A stretch of DNA of 64,000 nt. Source: Azolla caroliniana. Taxonomy: Eukaryota; Plantae; Polypodiophyta. The position numbers were made by a program, and so were the translations under genes. Location: positions 6,138,001 to 6,202,000 of the forward strand of contig JBHGNT010000008.1 of NCBI GenBank assembly GCA_043228905.1. The letters run 5' to 3'. Of the stretch, positions 10,036-24,030 are shown in pieces. The notes beneath the pieces are model-generated. The model did not search any database. It saw nothing but the letters and a program-made list of their open reading frames with translations, and was not told the DNA's origin. The number at the start of each line of letters is the position of its first letter. Positions within the stretch are counted from its first letter, which is position 1.

Positions 10036-13000
10036 TCATCGTTCTTGCACTTTTGAAATGTCACGAATTGTCATCACTGAGGACTCATTAGTTGATTCCA
10101 TTTTTATAGCGTCCTTGAGGTCATTACAAACATTATCCATCGTAGGGCGTTTTACCCCATCAATTTGCACACATGCCATGGCAATCTCTGCCACTTTACA
10201 TATAGAGGATGCATTATACTTATTTCGAAGTCGCTTGTCAACAATTTCTTGTATATTTCCAAGTTCATATGATGGTCTTGCCTGTGGAATGACAATAAAT
10301 TTATAAAATGCCTTCAATTGTTTTTCAATGACAACATAACTTTTTGAGTGGTTTGTTATCATACCCATTCTATTATGTGAATGTCTCGATTTTCTGCTTG
10401 TGTATCTTTGAGAATAGGTAATTGACCACATATAGCTTCTAGGAGAACCACTCCGAAGCTATATATATCAGCCATCTCTGTCATTTTTAATGTAGACCTA
10501 TGTTATAGAAACAAGAAAGTAAAAAACATTAATTAGGCTTCTCTGGAGGACAAACACTATTGATTTTATGCAACTAGGATCTATCGAGGATCCAAATGTT
10601 TTTTTGTCTGAAGGACCTAAAATAATAATTAAAAAACTTAATGAAATAGTATAGATTATAGTTAGTGATGGTTTACAAAAAGCATACATAAATTACGACG
10701 GTAGTGAGGTAAAAACCTTATGTTGGATCTGAGTACCCCATATTATCAACTGAAGTTGTTGCTATGTGATCTTTCGCGTTGGATGTGGGTCTAGAAATTC
10801 CAAAATCTGATATCTTCCCTTCTAGGTTACTAGATAATAAAATACTACTACTACTCACATCCCCATGTATCATGTTACATTCGTGGTGTAGATAAGCAAG
10901 TCCTACATTTTTTTTTAAATGTCAAAACACATCATATAAAAGTTTGGTGTGTAAAAATGATATATTTTCATTACCTTGTGCAACATCGGATAATATTTGT
11001 AATCTCTCAATCCATGTCAAAGTTCGTGATGCTTTTCTTCCTTTTTTACATGAAACATGTTAATTAATGTAGCCAGAGCCTTAATTAAGTAATGCTAACA
11101 CTAGATTTGTTTACTTCTTATCTGTCCTTATAAAAAATCATGATGGTCTTTATATTACCAAGGATCTAATGAATTATAGGGGAGTCTAATTATGCCATAT
11201 TATTTTCTCTCATGATATGAAACAAATAACCTATAGATTCTTCATATGATCCAATCAGTATGGGAATTTTTGTGGGCAAATTTGTGAACTCAAAGAATTC
11301 GATTGAAACTTAGGAACAAATATTGAACAAATGTAAATAAAGATAGATTATCTTACTTGAAAGGGCATCACGAAATGAACCGTTTGCCATGAATTCATAA
11401 ACCAACACTAGTGATTGCTCAATAGAATAACCCACAAATTTGACAAGGTTCTTGTGGTGAACCCGAGAGAGAAAAGTGACCTATCATTTTGAAATAGTTT
11501 CAAAAAACTGTGTGCAAAACATAAATATGCTATCATTGAATCTACATGAATAGTGATTGAAGACAATTTAATTTACAAATGTTTGTAAAGTGTGAAATAA
11601 AGTCAATGTAGTGTATATATATACAATGTTCCGCATGGTGATCAAGAGTACCGAGAAGCTCATAAATTAGTGAAACAAGAATCATGTGTTAAACCTTAAT
11701 GTTGAAAAGTTGTCTTTATCAATTATATAAGGATCTTTTGGTTCTTGACAAATTATTAGCTATAGATTTATGTCATACCATATCAAAAAATAATAATCCA
11801 AATATATGAACATGATGACCTAACAATTAAATTTTGTGACGCCTTGTGAGTTCTTTTATTTGCATGCTTTTAATGCTTGAACTTTTATCTTGATCTTCCA
11901 TCTATTTGAAAAAATCTTCATGATAATGTTTCATGAAGTAGAAAGTCTTGAAGCAAGAAAGTATAGTTCAAACAATAAATAAATAAATAAATAAGAGGTA
12001 ATTTCTTGTCCAAACAAAGATGGAAATCTACAACAACTCAGTTTGGGCCAAAACCAATTGATGAAACATTTTAGTTTGGCTTGAGTTCCAAGGTTAGATA
12101 TTAGTTTGTTTGGCTTGGGCAGTATTAGTTCAGTTTCAAATTATATTAATTTAAGAGTTTATGGCTTATCTAACTTAATAGTTGACGGGAAATTTTAAGA
12201 ATAATAAATTAATATGTGAATCATTACTTATAACTACCAAAGGGCAATGGCTTGGTTTTGAGCCTATATTGAACCATGAATTAGCAACTTAACGGTTTGG
12301 TTTAAAGTGGATCACATAAATTATTCACTTTAGATTTTAGGATTTCTTAAACAGTTGGATTTAACAGTTTTGTGGCTTAGTTTTGGTTTCCATTTTTTTA
12401 AATGGTTAAGATTTAGATTCCAAAACCAAACGAAATAGTTACCGATTACCAATTGCATGACTTATCAATTCAATTCAGGTTTAGAAATTTGTAAACAGTT
12501 TGGTTCAACTTCGGTTTCTGTTGGACATTTAGTGATTTCATCCGGTTCATTTTGGGTCTTTATAAGCTTAATGGTACGAGGCTTATGTGGCTTCAAACAA
12601 TGGCTTAATAGTTTGGGAGAACAAAATTCCAAACTAGTTCATCTACTCCTAGACAAAACCTTAGAGGTCCTAGATTAACCTACCAAGATCATTCAAGCAA
12701 GAAAATATTCTAGAGATCCTAAGGAATAAAATAGCTTCCAACACAAAGCCACTGTGTTTACCCAAACATTACAACTATCAAATGGAAGCTTCAATTGTAT
12801 ACTTTGCACAGAGCATGAACATTTTTAGAACTTTATCATAAAACGAAATTGTCTACTCATTCAAATGAAAACTGGTTGCACAAAAATCACTCACATTTGA
12901 AATCTTGACAATTGGGGTCAAAATCCCACCTTCATGTTAAGTGCTCCTATCCCTTGCTCGCTAAAATGAATTCTTCCATGGAGTAACTTCATAGTTTATA

Positions 13001-16000
13001 GTTTGAGGCTCTTGACAAATGGCATGTGAACGACTACAATAAAAAACGTTGATTTTCGTCTCACACAAGTGTTTATAGAGCAAGTGGTGATTGGAGGTTC
13101 ACCTATTATAGGCTCTTTCTAGATCTATAAGGATGCAAAGACTTGGTAATAGGAAATTTCTTGATTTTAATCCATTGTATTGTTCCTCTATGGAGTAACT
13201 TCGCATGTTGTATAGTCTAAGATCAAACACGAAGGACATGCTACCAAATATGATAGACAATATTGATTCTCGTTTCACACAGAGAAGTGTTCACTTTGGA
13301 GAATGGTGATTGGAGGTTTATACCAAATGGCTTGCTTCTTCCCTTAGGACATGAGGACTAGTGGTGTGGGAAATTTCTTGTGTTCATTGGAAAGGAAGTC
13401 ACTAATACCAACTTAGACACTGTCCCATTTCTTACAAACATTTGGGATGTTACAGATTCTACATTTGGTATATTGTTGAGAGAGAGAGAGAGAGATAGGT
13501 TCATAGTGTATGTGCATGGATGATTCATAGTGATCCAACTCAACCATGAAGGGAAGGATATGGGTAATTGGCATTTTATGCATGTAAAAAATTGAACATC
13601 GAGGATCCTTACATATCCAATCCTTTGTTTCAATGGAGATCATGTTTAGATGTTTAAAACATGTTCTTTCTAGAAGTCCTAATGTATGGTGAATATTGAG
13701 TGACATTAATGGATCATATCCTTGGTTAATATATCTTTTCAAACTACAAAATATAGCTTCTTGTGGGGCCCATTGGATTGCATATGTGTAATTCATGATG
13801 AGACCTACTCGTCTCAAGTGATCATGCAATTGGTTGGTTGTCTAAGAATGCACACATTTGGTCCATGGATAGTTTAATTTGCTTCTAATTGGAAAACCAA
13901 ACCTCTTAGATTTTGTGAGAGTTTTTCCATTCAAGTGGAACCCACAACTAAAAGATAATAAGTAAAAAGGTAGGGGCTATTTGTGTAATTTCAACATTTC
14001 AAAAAGAGATATTCTCCAAACATCCACCGATGCGATTTCTTTTTGCTTCCATGTGTATGGTGAAAAATTTTTCCACTTGGTACCAAGTTTGTTGTCAACT
14101 TGATGGTTCCATGTTTTTAATCGTGATAGTGATGAAATATTTGGATATTGACATTGTCGATCATTTTTGTAAGATTGGTATAGCCCTAAATGCAATAGTG
14201 TCTTTTGTGCATTTTCATTCCCATATATATTCTAATCTGGATGTAATTGACATTGTCGATCCTTTTTGTAAGATTGGTATAGCCCTAAATGCAATAGCGT
14301 CTTTTGTGCTTTTTCATTCCCATAAATATTCTAATATGGATATTGACATTGTCTATCATTTTTGTAAGATTGGTAATAGAACTAAATGCAATAGGGTCTT
14401 TTGTGCATTGTCTATCATTTAAATGCAATGGCAAGGATCTCAACAAGACACAATAGGTGCTCTAAGAAAGAAAGATATATTAACGAGACTTTAGAAGCAT
14501 TTAACAAAAGAATCGGAAATACCTCTAAGAGGGATAATGGGCAGGAAAGATAGAGACTTTAGAAGCATTTAACAAAAGAATCGGAAATACCTCTTTGAGA
14601 AATGTTTCTCGTTGCCCATCTTGCGGAATGTTCACTAACATTTTAATGGCTACATCGGAACCATCAGGAAGATTTCCCCGGTATACCAAACCAAAAGTAC
14701 CTTCGCCAATGAACTCGGAGAAATGATTTGTTGCACTTTCGATCTCTTGATAATCGAATTGCCGCGCAACAATATTAGGAGTGCTGATAGGTTCGTCGTC
14801 TTCGGCATTCATAACATTAATAACTGTTGATGACATGCTAATGAAAAAGATGTTAGCTTTCGATTCAAGAACGGTTGCTATGTCCTAGAATGATTTCAAA
14901 CCCATTATATATTATTAAGTATAGTAAACCTAAATGCAAACAAGATTAATTAGTTGTGCAAATGAACCCTAATGCATATGAAGAATGGGATACTACCACT
15001 ATTACAAAAAAAAAAATGTTAAGTAACATACCAGTAGGATCATGGAATTGATATGTAGGCTGGGTAATGGTGCCTCGTTGCGCTAGTCGTACTTCATTTG
15101 AGATATTCGTTTGATTCGCTCTTTTCCTTGTCAAGATGTAAATTGCTATTACAATAACAAGAATTGATATTATTGCTCCAATAACTCCACCATATGAGGT
15201 TTTTTTGGGGGGTGGTTGTGTAAATTTGGGTTGTTGTGTTAAGCAATTGCTTGAATCAACACATAAGAACGGATTTCCGTCATATCTATATTAATCCAAA
15301 ATTGAAAGAAACCACATGTTAGTTAAATGCATCCCTTTTTGAATCATGACTTTAATTTAGTCATAATATAAAAAAAACTTGTCTCGAATACAAATAATTT
15401 AACGTAGAATTCGCAGCTCATGATTTCTATTTTTCGATATTTCCCATCTCTTATGTGCATTACCTAATATCTTTCCCTGTGAACTATGCCTTGATGTGTT
15501 GAACAATATTAATGATGAATATTATAATGGTTTTCTTCGATCACAAGTTTTGTTGTTCGATATGTACAGTTAATTCTTGGTTAAACTCAATCTTGGAAGT
15601 TGGTCTTGGGACAAAACTAGTTGTACATAGTGGGGATTGGGGATAAAATGGCTTGAGATTAACTTTCGGCTAGTTTTGAACCAGCTAGAGATTTGTAGTG
15701 CCTTGTTATTCTCACCAAAACTAGATGAAGTTAGAAAACTGGTATCAATTAAAGGACTATATTATCACTCATACAAAAGAGTGCTTTTAAATCCCATATA
15801 ATAACTGTATGCATATTTGAGGTGATTAGTTATGTTATTAATAAAATGTCTTAGTGTCATCTATGATAAGATTCTTACAATGCTAGAATAGAAGCGTCAA
15901 TATGAATTGAACATTTTCCAAGTACATATTTATTGACACATTACAATAATGGTTCACGAGCATTTAAAGAACCAACATACCTAAATTCGAGATATTGATT

Positions 16001-19000
16001 TTGTAGTAGTGCCCGCGGTATTATCCCAGTAAAGTTGTTGTTTGATAAGTCACTAGAAAATCATTTCAAATATCTAACTATTTTTAAAAATATTCAAATC
16101 AACGAAAAGTGTTTGGGGGTGACAATATGATACGCCATTTCAGCTAAAATAATAAAAGTTGAGATGCTTACAGGTATTTTAACCTCGTCAAGTATGAAAG
16201 TGAAGACGGGATTTCTCCAGTCAAAAGGTTATTGCTTAAATCCCTACATTATCAAAGGTGCAACAACATGCAAATTAGTGCGTCCAAATTGAGTTCATCT
16301 CTAGTTATGCAAATTCTTAGATCTATTTATTTTGGAAAACATGAAAGTGAATAGGGAATTGCTTACAGGTATATTATGCCCCACCAAAATAAAAAGGAAG
16401 TTGGAATTTTTCCGGTCAAATAGTTATTGCTGAAATTCCTACATTGTTAAAATTGCAATTGTATGCAAGTTAGTGAGTCCAAATTTAGTTCATCTCTACT
16501 TATGCAAATCCTTAGATCTAATACATTCGACCATATACATCCAAACAAAACATCATTTTACAAAAGCATACATATATAACATACAAGTTTTGTAGATTCA
16601 CTAAGTTATAAAGGCTTGGCAAATCTCCTTGAAAAGCATTGTCGCTTAATGAACTGTGCACAACAAACAACAATATATCTATTATTTATTTGTTCTATTG
16701 GAGGAATGATTGAATTGCTCATAGTATCCATGAATCGTGTTTGAAACAAAACATTCTTACACTCGGGTAATTGCATCCATATTATTGATAGTGCTTGGAA
16801 TATTTCCCCCTAAACCAAGTGAAGATAAATCTCTACAATGTCAAACAAAATAAGTTGAAGTTAATATCCATATCTTTTCAAATAATGGCAAGTAATTGTA
16901 ATATTCAAATACACACATAGATGTTACTCTCGTTGGAATTCCTTTCCTATAATCACAATTAACCCATGTGTACTTATATTCTTGCGGTAAACATGGGTCC
17001 CCGATAAAGCTTGGGAAGAGTGGCACATTATGTCCGAGTATATCTTGTATAGCTTGAACTATTTATTAAATAACAAAAGGTATTCGGGAGTTAGTATTGA
17101 CCTGAACCTATTTATTCAATAACAAAAGGTATTAAGGAGTTAGCATAGCCCCTATTATTTCTTAAAGAACAAAAGGTATTCAGGAGTTAGTGTCCGCATA
17201 TTTACATACTATGGAATAATTGTGCATTGAGTGTGTGCACTATTTAGTGCAAAGACCTCCATGTTGTTCATGCACATGAAAATATTCGAGATGCACACGT
17301 GATCCAGATTTACATGCACAACATTTGTTAGTCCGCAAGCAATGAGACTTAGTATATGATGCTCATGCACAAAGGCACATACAAGATGTGCATATGGCTG
17401 ATAATTACACCCATACTAATTGTTAGGTGTGTGCTCAAGCAAAGAGACCCACATGACACTCGTGCACGCAAGCATATATGAGATGCTCGTGTCCAACACT
17501 TAAAGCTGGCTTGGCATAGCGTATTGAGTGTGTGAGATTCAATACAAAGGGCTCACATGATGGTACTCTTAGACAAAGAGATATATACGAGATGCACATA
17601 TGCCCTAGACTTACACCTACACCATGTGTGCTGAGTGTGTGGAGGTGTCCAACGCAAAGGACACTTGGTGCACACGGATATATATAAGAAGTGCACATAT
17701 GACCCACATTTACAATGGTAGTTGAGTTGGTACCATCCTTTGACAAGGTTGGACTGTAGGAATTCGTTGTCGCGCCGTCTAAGAGCTGCAAGATTTCAAG
17801 TCCAGCGATCGTAGGAGGGTATAGAGAGGTGGGAGTTGAACGAGCCTGGACAAGGCCAAAATTAACGTTGGTGACCAAACTAATCTTGGTGTAGACCACC
17901 ACGTACCCTCTATTGAGCCCAACCCATTGGTAGATGTCAAGGCCATAGGAACGGTTTATCCCATTGATGCTAAGATCGAACACGCGCAAACCAGTGCCAT
18001 TGACACGAGGGTCGAGCTCCACGAAGCACAATACCGCGTAATACGTCGATCCGTCCGAGAATGTGGATGTATTTATGCGGTACACGAAACTCCCATTGCG
18101 TCCAACGTGATTGGTTTGCATGACTGCCCGCGGAGGGAGCTCGGGAATCCCGGAGACATCCACAGGCGCGCTCGCCACTTGTATATCCTCGGCCGCATCC
18201 TCAGTTCTCCACCAAAACCTATCGATCGTGTCATTCGGATACCTGCCCACTCACTCATGAAAAATGGTTGGGGTGTCTAAGAGTCCATATCTCTTTGTGG
18301 TTTCCATCAAGATTGTGTGTGTGTATACATACATATATATATATGTGTGTATGTATGTAACAAGTAAAATGGGTACAACAATAAAACCGATTCTTTGTTA
18401 CCGACCTTAGGACAGGCGGATCGATGGCCGATCGTGTGCCCATGTCTCGCCGGTCGACTACGCGCATCGGATAATATTGGATGCTATTGTTCATCGTCTG
18501 CACCACTCTCATTGTGGATGGGAGTGGGCGCAACTCGATCGAGTTTATGAAAGGCATATCGCTCCCATTGTTCTTCTCCGTGGAGAGACACATAGACACA
18601 CTAGATGATCCGCGTTGTGCACGGACATACATTTCCTCGAACCATGGCTCTGCTTGCGGCAACTGGATCGTGACCTCGACACCTTGGTACATGTCCACGA
18701 TCACACGGAACCGGATCCGGCTCTTCCCATACAATGTGGCCAATGATGCCTCCGGAAGCCCGGACCAGAATGAGGCACGGATCAAGTAGTAGGATCCCCC
18801 CACCGCCGGCAGGGTGTAGCAGATCTTGGACCCGTCCATGACCCGAGTCGGACGGAAATAACGGAGAGTGGAGTACTGCATCTGATTGCTCATGTTGGCC
18901 GGTGCTTTGACACGGACAATTCCCGACCAATTTCCGATGTCCGGCCAAAGGATGGCATCCGGTGTCCATATAATCCCCGTCGATTGGTCCGTGTATCTCT

Positions 19001-19260
19001 TATCCGACGATGACCCGCAATCTATACTCCAGAACCCTAGCGCGAATGCGGGAATCATACGAAATAAGAAACAACCACATACAAATCCCATGATTTGGGA
19101 TGGGAATTAATGTACAGATGTTGTGTCGGTGATTATACCCACCGGATACTTGGGCCTGCACCGTGCCGAACCGGAAGATCTCATGGGCAGTAATGATACA
19201 TATGATTGACACGACAGGAATGTTTATACAATTCCGAACCGCACTCGGAAGCACCACCAT
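10036..19260 (-). CDS. Malectin-like domain LRR receptor-like kinase (LRR-I-like architecture); probable pseudokinase, one splice donor mutated
   Basis: Exons (minus): 19260-19143 signal peptide; 19036-18406 and 18242-17734 malectin-like (FWSIDCG, LRYF, YLIRASF, INSIELRPL, RYPND..DRFW, CFVELD..RVFD); 17058-16917 GDPCLP; LRR exons 16832-16761, 16653-16585, 16438-16367, 16243-16172, 16052-15981; 15285-15032 GNPFLC plus TM; 14877-14591 (acceptor uncertain) GEGTFG/VAIK; 11480-11357; 11040-10975; 10902-10722; 10497-10365; 10281-10036. Phases are consistent and give about 1015 aa, but the donor at 10721 reads AT. Confidence 0.88.
12040..12620. mobile_element. Degenerate hAT/MITE-like relic with aaacc/ggttt motifs in RLK intron
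   Basis: Dense aacggtttggttt, aaaccaaacg and tcggttt motifs like those of the 34251 and 41973 elements. A similar relic lies at about 9560-9760. No intact TIR or TSD. Confidence 0.35.
12970..13460 (+). mobile_element. L1 LINE 3' (zf-RVT-like) relics, locally duplicated
   Basis: tggagaatggtgattggaggt (WRMVIGG) at about 13297, with a similar copy at about 13085. Homologous to the KVFIWRVMIGGLPLG segment at about 20990. Confidence 0.45.
14145..14415. repeat. Tandem repeat, 96-99 bp x3, in RLK intron
   Basis: gacattgtc.atc.tttttgtaagattggt at 14150, 14249 and 14345. Confidence 0.85.
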
Positions 19261-20759
19261 TAATACGATGAGGATTGGGGGATTTATTTTATCAGAGAGT
19301 GATGATAATAGATGGGATCAAAGTTTTGTAAGAAGGTAATGGTGGTGATGGGCACATTACAATATATCCTCAAAGTCTTTGCATTGACCCAGATGCAAAA
19401 GTCAAATGTAGTATGATTTGACTATATAATTGCTATTTAACATAGTTGCATCTCTTCATATATTAGGTATGAATTGGCTATCTAATTTTGCTAAAATAGC
19501 ACACATATTGAGTGTGGATGTTACCTCGGAGTTGCCCATCGAGAGATCGCTTAACTCGTTGGAATGTTCCTCCTTACGATATACTTACAAAAGTCATACT
19601 ATCTCTGAGGGACCCCACTTTTGTGCCGCCATATTCCTAGGAGGGATATTATAACATGTTTATTGTCCTCGCATTTGGACAATTTGGTGCCAACAAGGTG
19701 CAAGTTGCAACAAATATACGCACCAAACACATATTCGATGATATGACATTTCTCAAAAGGCCGATATTTTTATTCAAAGTATCCTAAAGAGATAAATCAA
19801 AGTCAAAAGAGCATTTGAGGAAAAAGAAAATGGGAAGAGAGATTGTGGTATTATAGTGGTACATGATGTGTTCAATAATTAAATGATTTCATGTTCATGA
19901 CAAAGACTTCATTACATATCTCCTCTTTTCTAAGGGTTTCGATGCCATTCTTACAAGTTACAACAATGGTCAATCAATTCATTGATATAACATCTTTCAT
20001 TCACTTAGTTAGGTTGCAAGAAGTATTCTGGCTTCATGCATGTTTTCTAGATGGCATTGACATCCGGGTGACATCCTATGCCATAATTTATTCAAAACTT
20101 TTGGAAACACTTGTTGAAGTTGTTCAAAATTTCTCGCAACTTCACTTCGCGATATTATGATCCACATAAGGAAAACTAAATTGAGCGTCCAATATAAAGG
20201 TTAGATCAATGCCTTTCTTGTTTCATCAACTCCATAATTTGCAAACATAGTTCTTCATCTTCTTTGTTGGAGTATAATTTGGCATCCAAAAGTCTCTAAA
20301 AGTTGTGCTTTCAAGGATCATCTAGATCGACTCCAATAGGCTTAAGCTTAACTTTCTGACCATTTTCACAAAGCCAAGGCAACATGCAAGCCGATTATAG
20401 ATCTCATCACCTCAAGTACTCCTCCCTAGACACACCGAAGTTTTGATTTGGGGAATCTCATGTGTGACTATCGATACATAATACAAACACCATGACACCA
20501 TGTTAGAAGTTAGATTAATATCAACGTCGTGGTACATTCATGATCTCTTCCCAATTCAATGAGATTGTGTTTCATCTAGATCTTCCTTCACGTATGCTTT
20601 TTCATTTTGTGTTCCAATACACACTACCACAAAATAAGGTGGTACTGTCACTCAAATACCATACACTTTTGTGTCTTGTTAAAAGTCATAAAAAAACACA
20701 ACATTTAGCATCACAAAGAAGAGAGAGAGAGAGAGAGATTACAAGATATACCATTGTTG

Positions 20760-21850
20760 CAAGGATCTTTGTGATTGAAAACAAATTTTGTGCCTTGGGT
20801 GGATTGGCGGTTACAAGATCGTACACGCTTGTTATAGGTCACTACAAATATATTGTATCATCATGCGATGGCATCATTATCTTGGCTATCTCCTAAAGCA
20901 AGAAAGTTGTGGAATGTATGTAAGTCAAATGCAAGGTGGTGGAAAATATTACAACGTGGTTGGCATTCCCATCTACCATTTCGTGCAAAGGTATTCATAT
21001 GGAGAGTCATGATTGGTGGGCTCCCATTAGGTTCGGCCTTAAAGAGGATAGTACACTCCATTCCATTGGAGGATAGTACACATAGATTCATTAAATGTCC
21101 TATAGTGTGTACCATTTGGACGTACTTATCAAACATTTGGCAAGTTTTAACCCGTTGTTGTTTGAGACCTCAACAATGGGTTTTTTCTCAATATGTTGTT
21201 TGAGAGAAGGAGAAAAGAGAAAAAAAAGTGTACATGTGATGGGTTAGGTTCCTGTTGTTGATTATAAAGACTTATTGAGACAACAATGTCCAATTTGGGT
21301 GACTTTTGATTGTAGTAAGTCATTCTTTTGGGAATCACTGAAAGAATTGATGTCTCAAATTCGTAAAGTTTTGGTTGCTCCTCATGCTAATTATTTGACC
21401 AAATGTAGATTTTGCATGTTATGGGGCACGAGTAGTAAACTTCCAGGATGGTTGAGTATAGATACATCTAGATTTGGTTGATTTCATTTTAAGCTTCAAT
21501 TGGAGACTTTTATAGGACATTGTTTTAAATGTGGTTAATTGGAGCTTTTTATGGTTCAATGGTAAAGTATTACCAAAAGATAATTTGAGAATGAATGAGG
21601 GCTTTAAAGGAAAAAACCTTGGCAAAAACAAGTGCAAAATCAGAGATTGTCTGACCAATTACTATTTGATTCTTCAAGAAGGGTGGTGCAACCTCAATTT
21701 AATCAAGGACTTCGTATTCGTGGGGCTGGAAAACAAAATTTTATGGTTAGTAGAGGGAATATATTACACACAAATCTTAATGCAATTCTTGAAGAAGCAA
21801 TTGGTACATTTATGCATACACTTGCTCATCAAGAAAAAATAAAGAGAAAA
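20760..21850 (+). mobile_element. L1 LINE ORF2 C-terminal (zf-RVT) relic
   Basis: W..LQRGWHSHLPFRAKVFIWRVMIGGLPLG..L...EDSTHRFIKC in ORF 20853-21203. The downstream part is degenerate and the boundaries are approximate. Confidence 0.65.
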
Positions 21851-23767
21851 TAGAGAAATTTGTGATTAACAATCACCCACCTTGAAAATAGGAAAATTAC
21901 TACCACCCACCCACAAACCAAAAATCAAACTAAAAAGTGATTGTAACGATCAAGGAATTTAAACCTATCAATTCAATGTTGTACAAGTGTCATCAAGACA
22001 CCCTTGATGTCTTCTTTCCTTTCATGCATGCTTCTTCAATTTCTATTCTTGATATCATTTGCCTCATGGGCTTAGGAAAGGCTCACCTATAGCTTTAATT
22101 TACAATCAATGTCACTAATAGTGGTGTAAATTTACATATAGGCTCTAGGTGTGTTACACCAAGTTCATGTCTTCTCTAGGCCAAAGTTGTCTCCCTACTA
22201 AAGTCATAACATAAGTCTACACCATTGTTTACTTCTAGTCAATGACATTCTAAGGTACTAACAACTATACTAATCACTCCTAGGCTCTTGTCCTACTAGC
22301 AAGCATACTAATTACTATGCACCCTTCACTTCACTTTCTCAATAGGTTTAACTAGAGACAATAAATTATATGTATGGAATAACTTCAATAGAGTGAACCT
22401 CATAACATTTGTCATGTGAGAAGAATAGAGAAAAAGAGAAGCACTAACCTACATGCAAAGCGAACACTAAAGAACCCTTCGAGAATAGCCAAAAAGTGGC
22501 TTTTATACTTTCTAAAGGTCTTTTTACATTTACACTAACCACATTTTCATCATTTTCTAGCATTTAATGCATTACACAGCTTTTCAAGTAGTCATATACA
22601 AATGCCAACGGATGTTTTTGGGGGAAAAAAAATTGCCAATGGTTGAGACGCAAGGAGTAATATACACAAGTACTTCACATCTAAGGAGCTCCACAATGTC
22701 TATATCCTAAAATTGAAATGACAATATGCACAATATCTCAGCTTTAACCAAACATTTGTATTGAAACGTGACATTATTCTTGCCTAATATTACAATCCCA
22801 AAACAAAGATGTACTATTCTCACCTACTCATTCTGGATCAAAGTACATTGATGAGATATCTAATCATTTGGGCAGTCTAGAAACAAAGACCCTATAGTAT
22901 ACCTCCACTTATATATACGTCTAATATTTTGCTAATTTTTTAAACACTCTTTTCTGAATACATTTTCAAGACAAAAATATATTTAATGAATCCAAGGAAA
23001 TTCAAGTTGAATATAATCAACATCTCTATTTGGTGTAGGCATTCAAAGCATTTTGTTCTTTAATGCTTACTTTCCTTCTTTGAACAACAGGTGCCAAGAC
23101 TTTGAATGTCTATTAGCATGTTATTTTTCATGTACAATAAGATGATGGCCAGATCAACCAAACTTACAGACTAAACATTCGACACACATCATTAAAGTCA
23201 CAGTTCAGTGAAATCACTTCCTATATCCATTACAAGAAATAATGTATACGTCTTTAAAGGATGAGCTTTAACTCCCAAGCATTTCAGATATGAATCATGA
23301 GACATCTTCAACCTGGCTCCTAGAACAATGGGAAGTAAGATTTCCCATAGTTGCATGCAAAGGATGTTTAGTACACAAACATGTCAAGCAATGCATGAGA
23401 CACCATGGCTTCTCATTCATTCATCTTCAACAGCATGCATGGGATTTTCCTACTAGTATGCACAAGACATCTCAGGAAAGTGCACTCCTAAGCACTTCTC
23501 GTATGCATCCTAATGCATCTTGGACTTGCTATTTGTACACAAAGAAGGAAAATAGTGAGAGTAGTCAGCATCAAAGGTGGAAAATGGCAACGCATTGGAG
23601 CTGAATAAATAACAGGAATATAGTCAAGAATAATCAAAGTTAATTACAACTTTCATCTAATTTTATAATGTGGTAGCTCTATTGAGGAACAGCAAATATG
23701 CTAGAATATGACAATGCACAAATGGACCAGATTTCATCTTTGATAATTCCTCTCTTAATACATCATG

Positions 23768-24030
23768 CACTACTCTTCATTTTCTTTCTCCCAATACATT
23801 CACGTATGTGGAGCTCCCTTTTAGGATACCTCTCACACTTACCACATTTCCTTTCTTATTAGACACAAGGAGATCAGACAAGAACAGATTTTATTATATT
23901 TGAAACACACTACTCTTCATTTTCTCTCTCATACATTCATATATGTGGAGCTCCCTTTAGGATACCTCACACTTACCACTTTTTCTCTCTCTTACTAGCC
24001 ACTAGGAGAACAGATTTTATTATATTCAAA
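23768..24030. repeat. Direct duplication, about 140 bp x2, downstream of MAD1
   Basis: cactactcttcattttct..catacattca..tatgtggagctccctt..ggatacctc..cacttaccac at 23768 and 23908. Confidence 0.8.

Noticed and set aside
10498-10721. AT-starting intron as a U12 AT-AC intron
   Set aside because: Lacks the ATATCCTT donor consensus and ends in AG, so a mutated U2 donor is more likely.
14837-15032. Apparent phase conflict between RLK transmembrane and kinase exons
   Set aside because: A TAG acceptor giving an exon start at 14877 restores phase, so it is not counted as a lesion.
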